A DNA stretch of 30,014 bases, taken from the NCBI GenBank assembly GCA_964449365.1, contig CAYVAP010000003.1:1-30014 (forward strand), read 5' to 3'. The translations under genes were made by a program, and so were the position numbers. This DNA comes from an uncultured Bacteroidia bacterium. GTDB lineage: Bacteria > Bacteroidota > Bacteroidia > J057. Below the pieces are notes generated by a model. That model had not been told where the DNA came from. It made no database searches and saw nothing but the letters and a program-made list of their open reading frames with translations. This document shows, piece after piece, positions 24,932 to 30,014 of the stretch (the first letter of the stretch is position 1; each line of letters begins with the position of its first letter).

Positions 24932-25808
24932 GCATGCTGAGCAGCAACCCCGGCAGGGTGAACGAAACGCCTCTTACCTGTGGCGAGGATTGACCTTGGC
25001 CTTGCTGCTTTTGCTGAGTGTGACCGGTTGGGGACAGGGCTTTGGCTACATGGAGCAGATCCCCGAAGAGCAGGGCTTCGTGAATGACTACGTGGGCCTG
25101 CTCTCACGACAGCAAAAGCTACAGTTGGAATCTTTTCTCACCCAAAACGCGCAGCAGACCAGCAATGAGGTCGCCATCGCGATCATGAACCTGCCTGAAG
25201 GGGCTTCGGTTTCGGACTTTACCAACGATGCCGCTCGCAAATGGGGCATCGGTGGCTCCGACAACAACAATGGGGTGCTCATCGCAGTCTACCCCAACGC
25301 GCGCAAGATGCGCATCGAGGTAGGCTACGGGCTCGAACCAGTGATCACCGATGCCCTTTCCGATCAGATCATCCGTGAGCAGATGAAGCCAGCCTTTCAG
25401 CGCGGCGATTATTACAACGGACTGGTGCTGGCCGCCAAAAGCCTCACCGAAGCGGCCAGAGGCGAATACGACCAAAGAACAGGCCGCACCTATCGCAATC
25501 GATCTCGACAGGGCGACGGCGGCGGTGGCTTCAACCTGATCGTGCTGGTGCTGATCATCGTGGCGGTGATCGCGCTGATTCGTCGCGGCGGTGGCGGCGG
25601 CGGGGGTGGCTACGGCGGGGGTGGCTGGAGCTGGTTTCCGCTCTTTTGGCTCATGGGCAGTGGCTGGGGTGGCGGCGGCGGTCATCACCACGGCGGTGGC
25701 TTTGGTGGCGGTTTCGGTGGCGGCTCTGATGGCGGCTTCGGCGGCGGCGACTTCGGTGGCTTTGGCGGCGGCGACTTCGGCGGCGGTGGCGCCATGGGAG
25801 ATTGGTAA
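24900..25808 (+). CDS. TPM domain protein (YgcG-like) with TM helix and Gly-rich C-terminal tail
   Basis: 'VNDY.GLLS', 'WGIG....NNGVLI', 'RIEVGYGLE..ITD', a TM segment and a GGGF/GGGDF tail ending GGGGAMGDW. The start is uncertain (32-bp overlap with the upstream gene). Confidence 0.88.
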   Translation: MNYPTKYLLAEHAEQQPRQGERNASYLWRGLTLALLLLLSVTGWGQGFGYMEQIPEEQGFVNDYVGLLSRQQKLQLESFLTQNAQQTSNEVAIAIMNLPEGASVSDFTNDAARKWGIGGSDNNNGVLIAVYPNARKMRIEVGYGLEPVITDALSDQIIREQMKPAFQRGDYYNGLVLAAKSLTEAARGEYDQRTGRTYRNRSRQGDGGGGFNLIVLVLIIVAVIALIRRGGGGGGGGYGGGGWSWFPLFWLMGSGWGGGGGHHHGGGFGGGFGGGSDGGFGGGDFGGFGGGDFGGGGAMGDW

Positions 25809-25852
25809 GCCCCATGAAGTGTGATCCTTTATCCCCCTAATCCTACTTCCTG

Positions 25853-26473
25853 ATGCAACTTCCTCCTGAAGCCTTTCGGCGCGTCGATGAGAGCAGCGAC
25901 CTGGATTTTTATCGCGTACCGCGCCTGGTCACGCACATCGATGAGGCGGCCATTGCCGCCGTTACACAGCTATACCGCGAGTACTTTCCGGCTAATGGAT
26001 CTATCCTCGATCTGATGAGCAGTTGGGTGAGCCATCTGCCCCCTGAAGGTAGCTATCGGGAAGTGGTGGGCCTGGGTATGAATGAAGAGGAGCTGCGCCA
26101 AAATCCACGCCTCACTGAATGGGTGGTGCAGGACCTCAACCAAACCCCCGCCTTACCCTTGGCCGATCAGCGCTTTGACGGCGCGGGTTGCTGCGTCTCT
26201 ATCGACTACCTGACCCAACCCATAGGCGTACTACGCGACCTGGCGCGGGTGATGAAGCCGGGCGCGCCCGTGGTCATCACCTTTTCTAATCGCTGCTTTC
26301 CCACCAAAGCCGTGGCCATCTGGCACAGCCTCGACGACGCCGGGCACCTCAAGCTGGTACAGCATTACCTGCTAGCAGCAGGGGGATGGACTGAGGTCGA
26401 AGCTCTAGACCGAAGCCCCGCGCAGGGAAAAGATCCCTTGTACGCCGTGGTGGCCCGTCGAGCTACCGACTGA
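25853..26473 (+). CDS. Class I SAM-dependent methyltransferase (Methyltransf_11-like)
   Basis: 'F.R.DE..D..FY..PRLVTHID', 'ILDLMSSWVSHLP', 'GLGMN.EEL..N' and 'SIDYLTQP', 'FSNRCFPTKA'. Confidence 0.88.
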   Translation: MQLPPEAFRRVDESSDLDFYRVPRLVTHIDEAAIAAVTQLYREYFPANGSILDLMSSWVSHLPPEGSYREVVGLGMNEEELRQNPRLTEWVVQDLNQTPALPLADQRFDGAGCCVSIDYLTQPIGVLRDLARVMKPGAPVVITFSNRCFPTKAVAIWHSLDDAGHLKLVQHYLLAAGGWTEVEALDRSPAQGKDPLYAVVARRATD

Positions 26474-26610
26474 GCAGTGGCCGACCGCGCGGGTATCTTG
26501 GTCGACGAGAATAGCATAAACCTTGGCCAAGGCCAAGAAATCACGTACTTTGGCTCTCCATTTGGGCCGATGCCTTCGCAAAGGCATGGGCCAACTTAGA
26601 GGCCAAATTT

Positions 26611-28176
26611 ATGATGCTGAATCGCTCCCTTCTCCTGTTGCTGTGTTTTCGTATGGCGTTAGCCGCTTTTGCCCAATCTCAGCCTGCCCCAGCGGATGAT
26701 CCCAAGCAGCGCTACCTCGAGACCATCACCACCCAAGACATCGAGGGCCATCTATACTTTCTGGCCGATGATTTGTTAGAAGGCCGCGAAACCGGTCAGC
26801 GCGGGCAACATCTGGCGGGTCTTTACATTCGCAGCCAATTTATGCGCATGGGCCTACAGCCTGGCAACCCCGCAACGGGTGGTTACTACCAAGCTTTTTA
26901 CCTCAATCGTGCCACCATCGACGACGGGCAGATGGTGCTCGGTAAGCAGATCTATCGCTACGGCAAAGATTTTCTCAATGCTACCGCTGGTCTACTACCG
27001 GATGGAAAAGTCGATCTCGCCTTTGTCGGATACGGCCTCAGTGGCCCCGATGACGATAACCTGAGTGAGCTACCACTCGACGGTCGCGTAGCACTCATGC
27101 TGGCGGGGGAGCCTGAGGCTACTGACCCGGACGAGCGGCTCATCGACCGCATTAGTGGCTGGAAAGCTCGCGCTGAGCGCCTTGCCGAGCAGGGAGCGGC
27201 AGGTATAGTGCTAGTCATGCCTGATTCGGTATTTAAGATTTTGAAACGCTATACCCGCAACTCAGCCGTCAGCATCGATGCGGAGCCGACTCCTCCTATG
27301 CCCATCGTTTATGTGTCGGAGAAAATGGGTCAAGCCCTCTTCGAAGCGGGCAAAAGCAGCCTGGAAAAGGTAAAATCCTCGCTGCAAGCATCTGCGGAGC
27401 TGCCTGAGATCAAAACCAATAAGATCAAATTAGAAGCTAGCACCCAAAGCAGCTTCGAATCCGAATGGGCCACCAATGTTCTGGGCTTTTTATCTGGCCG
27501 CGAGCAGCCAGAAGAACTGCTAGTCATCACCGGGCACTACGATCACGTGGGCGTCAACCAAAAGGGGGTGGTCTTCAATGGAGCCGATGACGACGCCTCG
27601 GGTACCTCGACGGTGATGGCAGTGGCCGAAGCCTTTATGCGCGCCGCCCATGACGGCTATCGCCCGCGCCGTAGCATCCTCTTCATGACCGTATCGGGCG
27701 AGGAAAAAGGGCTGCTAGGCTCGGAATTTTACACTGATCATCCTCTCTATCCCCTCGAAAACACGGTTTGTAACCTCAACATCGACATGGTGGGCCGCAT
27801 CGATCCTACCTACGAAAAGCGGGAAGATTCTCTCCGCTACATCTATCTCATTGGCTCGGATCGCCTTAGCACCGAGCTGCATCAGATCAGCGAGCAGGCC
27901 AACGAGCAATACACTCAGCTCACCCTCGACTATCAATACAACGCTGAGGGTGATCCCAACCGATTTTACTACCGCAGCGACCACTACAACTTCGCCAAAA
28001 ACGGAATTCCGGTGATCTTCTATTTCAACGGTACCCACGAAGACTACCACGGACCCGGCGATGATCCGCAGAAGATTCGCTATGAGAAAATCGCTCGGAT
28101 CGCTAAGTTGGTGTTTGCCACTGCTTGGGAAGTTGCCAATCGCCCCGAGCGGCTGGTGGTGGACAGGGGTCAGTGA
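26611..28176 (+). CDS. M28 family Zn-metallo aminopeptidase with PA-like insert, secreted
   Basis: Signal peptide AFA|Q; 'LADD.LEGRETG', 'GHYDH', 'GADDDASG', 'GEEKGLLGS', 'NIDM', 'RSDHYNF' and 'EDYH'. Confidence 0.92.
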   Translation: MMLNRSLLLLLCFRMALAAFAQSQPAPADDPKQRYLETITTQDIEGHLYFLADDLLEGRETGQRGQHLAGLYIRSQFMRMGLQPGNPATGGYYQAFYLNRATIDDGQMVLGKQIYRYGKDFLNATAGLLPDGKVDLAFVGYGLSGPDDDNLSELPLDGRVALMLAGEPEATDPDERLIDRISGWKARAERLAEQGAAGIVLVMPDSVFKILKRYTRNSAVSIDAEPTPPMPIVYVSEKMGQALFEAGKSSLEKVKSSLQASAELPEIKTNKIKLEASTQSSFESEWATNVLGFLSGREQPEELLVITGHYDHVGVNQKGVVFNGADDDASGTSTVMAVAEAFMRAAHDGYRPRRSILFMTVSGEEKGLLGSEFYTDHPLYPLENTVCNLNIDMVGRIDPTYEKREDSLRYIYLIGSDRLSTELHQISEQANEQYTQLTLDYQYNAEGDPNRFYYRSDHYNFAKNGIPVIFYFNGTHEDYHGPGDDPQKIRYEKIARIAKLVFATAWEVANRPERLVVDRGQ

Positions 28177-28324
28177 TCAATGAACAGTGGTCAGTGAAAA
28201 CAGTGGTCAGTGGTCAATGAACAGTGATCAGTAAAAACAGTGATCAGTGAAAACAGTGATTAGTGAACAGTGGTCAGTAAAAACAGTGATCAGTGATCAA
28301 TGAACAGTAAAAACAGGGATACAG
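28171..28324. repeat. Modular short tandem repeat array of CAGT-based 7- and 9-bp units
   Basis: 15 exact CAGT plus TAGT and CAGG variants, at spacings of 7, 9 or 14 bp. Units are CAGTGRT, CARTGAA and CAGTRAAAA. The first unit provides the M28 gene's TGA stop. Confidence 0.92.
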
Positions 28325-28421
28325 GGGGGTCGAGCAGTCTCTACGTGGAATTTTGACCTACCTCCAGATTGTGATTGGGAATCTTCCTTAGTTCTACATT
28401 ATATACCGCATACCGTACTCC

Positions 28422-29438
28422 ATGCCCCGTTTGAAGGAACATGTCTCGCTGCAACCTTTGCATACCTTTGGCCTTTCAGTCTCGGCTCGCTGGTACATAG
28501 AGATCAGTAGTCAGCGGGCTGCTTTGGAGTTTTTGATGGATAATCTTCATCCGCCTGCTCCGATGCTGGTGTTAGGCGGGGGCAGCAATGTTTTGTTCAC
28601 GCAAGACGTAGAGCGGCTGGTGCTGCACAACCGCATCTTGGGACGAGAAGTAGTCGACGAAGACGCACGACACGTGTGGCTGCGGGTCGGGGCCGGTGAA
28701 AACTGGCATCAGATCGTGCAGTTTGCCCTACAAAACGATTGGGGCGGCCTCGAAAACCTTTCGCTGATCCCTGGCTCGATGGGGGCTGCGCCTATCCAAA
28801 ACATCGGAGCCTACGGGGTGGAGCTAAAGGAGGTCTTTCACGCGCTGGAAGCCATCGCCTTGGACACTGGGCAGGTACGTACCTTTACCGGTAAAGAATG
28901 CGAATTTGGCTATCGCGATAGGATCTTCAAGCGCTGGGCCAAAGGCAAATACCTCATCACCCACGTCACCATGCGCCTAGACAAGCAGCCTCGCCTCAAC
29001 ACCAGCTACGGCGCGATCGCGACGGAGCTGCAACGCCTGGGCAAAGCTCCTAGCATCCACAGCATCAGCGAGGCAGTGATCAACATCCGCCGGAGCAAGC
29101 TGCCCGACCCCAGCGAGATCGGCAACGCGGGCAGCTTCTTCAAAAATCCCATCGTCAGTCAGACGCAGTTTGAGCAGATCCAAGCCGAATACCCTCGGGC
29201 CCCCCACTATCCGGCGGGCGACGATCAGGTCAAAGTTCCGGCAGGCTGGCTGATCGAAACCTGCGGCTGGAAAGGCCACCGCCTCAACCAGCATGGCGTG
29301 CATGCCAAGCAAGCCCTGGTGCTGGTCAACTATGGCGGTGCCACCGGACAGGAGCTCTACCAGCTCTCAGAAGACATCCTGCATTCAGTGCGCGAGCGCT
29401 TCGGCATCGAGCTCGAGCGGGAGGTGAATGTGGTGTAG
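28422..29438 (+). CDS. murB: UDP-N-acetylenolpyruvoylglucosamine reductase
   Basis: 'LGGGSN.LF', 'GAGENWH', 'GLENLSLIPG..GAAPIQNIGAYG', 'GYRD..FK', 'GNAGSFFKNP', 'QALVLVN' and 'LEREV'. Confidence 0.97.
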   Translation: MPRLKEHVSLQPLHTFGLSVSARWYIEISSQRAALEFLMDNLHPPAPMLVLGGGSNVLFTQDVERLVLHNRILGREVVDEDARHVWLRVGAGENWHQIVQFALQNDWGGLENLSLIPGSMGAAPIQNIGAYGVELKEVFHALEAIALDTGQVRTFTGKECEFGYRDRIFKRWAKGKYLITHVTMRLDKQPRLNTSYGAIATELQRLGKAPSIHSISEAVINIRRSKLPDPSEIGNAGSFFKNPIVSQTQFEQIQAEYPRAPHYPAGDDQVKVPAGWLIETCGWKGHRLNQHGVHAKQALVLVNYGGATGQELYQLSEDILHSVRERFGIELEREVNVV

Positions 29439-29443
29439 GGGGG

Positions 29444-29474
29444 AGTTTGGGGTTAAAAGTTTGGGGTTAAAAGT
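29444..29474. repeat. 14-bp tandem duplication (agtttggggttaaa)x2 directly after the murB stop
   Basis: Exact copies at 29444-29457 and 29458-29471, plus a partial third (agt). Confidence 0.85.
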
Positions 29475-29581
29475 AAATTTAGCCGCTTGGGCGGCCACTG
29501 AGTGAGCCAAGAGGAACGGTTTCGGCACAGATTGCCTCACCAGCAGGGGTAAATGCTGTGCCTGACCACCTTATATCCTTG

Positions 29582-29623
29582 TACCCCCTGACCGTGCATA
29601 TATACCCCCTGACCGTGCATATA
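29582..29623. repeat. 21-bp tandem duplication (taccccctgaccgtgcatata)x2
   Basis: Exact copies at 29582-29602 and 29603-29623, with a degenerate cctgacc...atat just upstream. Confidence 0.88.
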
Positions 29624-29639
29624 GGTGAGCCACAAACTT

Positions 29640-30014
29640 TCAACTTCCCCTTTTCTGGTGCTTCCATCGCTTGTGTGACCATAGCCAGTACTGCGGATCA
29701 TGACAGATGTCTCGCTCGAGGATGCGGGTATGGGCTTCAGTGATCTCGCCTTCGGCAGTCTGGCTAGGGGTATCGGTGATGAGTTCGAATTCAGCCTCGT
29801 AATAGCCGCGTTTGACCTTGTACATGTGGCCAAAGACCACAGGGTAATCGTACTGCCGGGCGTAGCGCTCAGTGCCGGTCATCACTGCCGTTTCGGTGCC
29901 AAGGAAACTGGTCCAATGGACGTTTTTGAGGCGGCGCGGCGACTGATCGCCCGCGAAGAGCATGGCCATAGGCTGCTGGTAACTAGCAAAAAAGTCGCGA
30001 ACCTCTCGCACGTG
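29640..30014 (-). CDS. Lipid A / lysophospholipid acyltransferase (LpxL/HtrB family), C-terminal part; 5' end beyond the window
   Basis: 'DQSP', 'FLG..T....G.E..A......V', 'GYY...F' and 'LE..I...PQYWLWSHKRWK'. The frame is open to the window edge. Confidence 0.88.
   Translation of the reverse strand, partial: HVREVRDFFASYQQPMAMLFAGDQSPRRLKNVHWTSFLGTETAVMTGTERYARQYDYPVVFGHMYKVKRGYYEAEFELITDTPSQTAEGEITEAHTRILERDICHDPQYWLWSHKRWKHQKRGS

Noticed and set aside
25119-25824. Ala/Thr-rich or AAG-rich ORFs (25119-25691 minus, 25591-25824 plus)
   Set aside because: Shadow frames of the GGC-rich glycine tail of the TPM gene.
26521-26594. Palindrome ccttggccaagg and hairpin atgcctt-cgca-aaggcat upstream of the M28 gene as a terminator or riboswitch
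   Set aside because: Short stems, no U-tract and no known motif; not distinguishable from chance in GC-rich DNA.
795-29833. The many other overlapping ORFs in the six-frame track (e.g. 2054-2602, 4007-4699, 11221-11892, 13375-13980, 21335-21676, 22898-23410, 29479-29833)
   Set aside because: They are alternate-frame or antisense shadows of well-supported genes, or repeat-containing intergenic frames, which is expected at this GC content. None shows a protein motif.

Overview
A 30-kb bacterial chromosomal window, most likely from a Bacteroidota. The evidence is a T9SS C-terminal sorting domain, a DUF5103/T9SS-plug-like gene, signal peptides cleaved before Gln, TAnnTTTG -7 promoter boxes and no evident Shine-Dalgarno motifs. 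The main accessory feature is a co-oriented 10-gene glycan/sugar-modification cluster (~4.8-15.6 kb, + strand). It encodes two sulfotransferase-fold proteins, one GT-B glycosyltransferase, two NAD-dependent epimerase/dehydratases, a DegT-type aminotransferase, two SAM methyltransferases, a nucleotidyltransferase-PfkB kinase fusion with the domain order reversed relative to HldE, and a GmhA-like SIS isomerase. No GmhB phosphatase, flippase or polymerase is visible. The rest is mostly housekeeping or envelope genes: SirB1-like protein, orphan cytochrome oxidase subunit III, SDR, CPBP protease, START protein, T9SS plug, ruvX, DUF819, DUF4864, lemA-TPM-TPM, methyltransferase, M28 peptidase, murB and a partial lipid A acyltransferase. 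Smaller oddities are a T9SS substrate carrying only a ~19-aa cargo next to a BtuG-like surface lipoprotein, a 32-codon histidine-kinase remnant and several intergenic micro-repeats. No rRNA, tRNA, CRISPR array or transposase was recognised. All family calls are by motif recognition only; no database searches were run.
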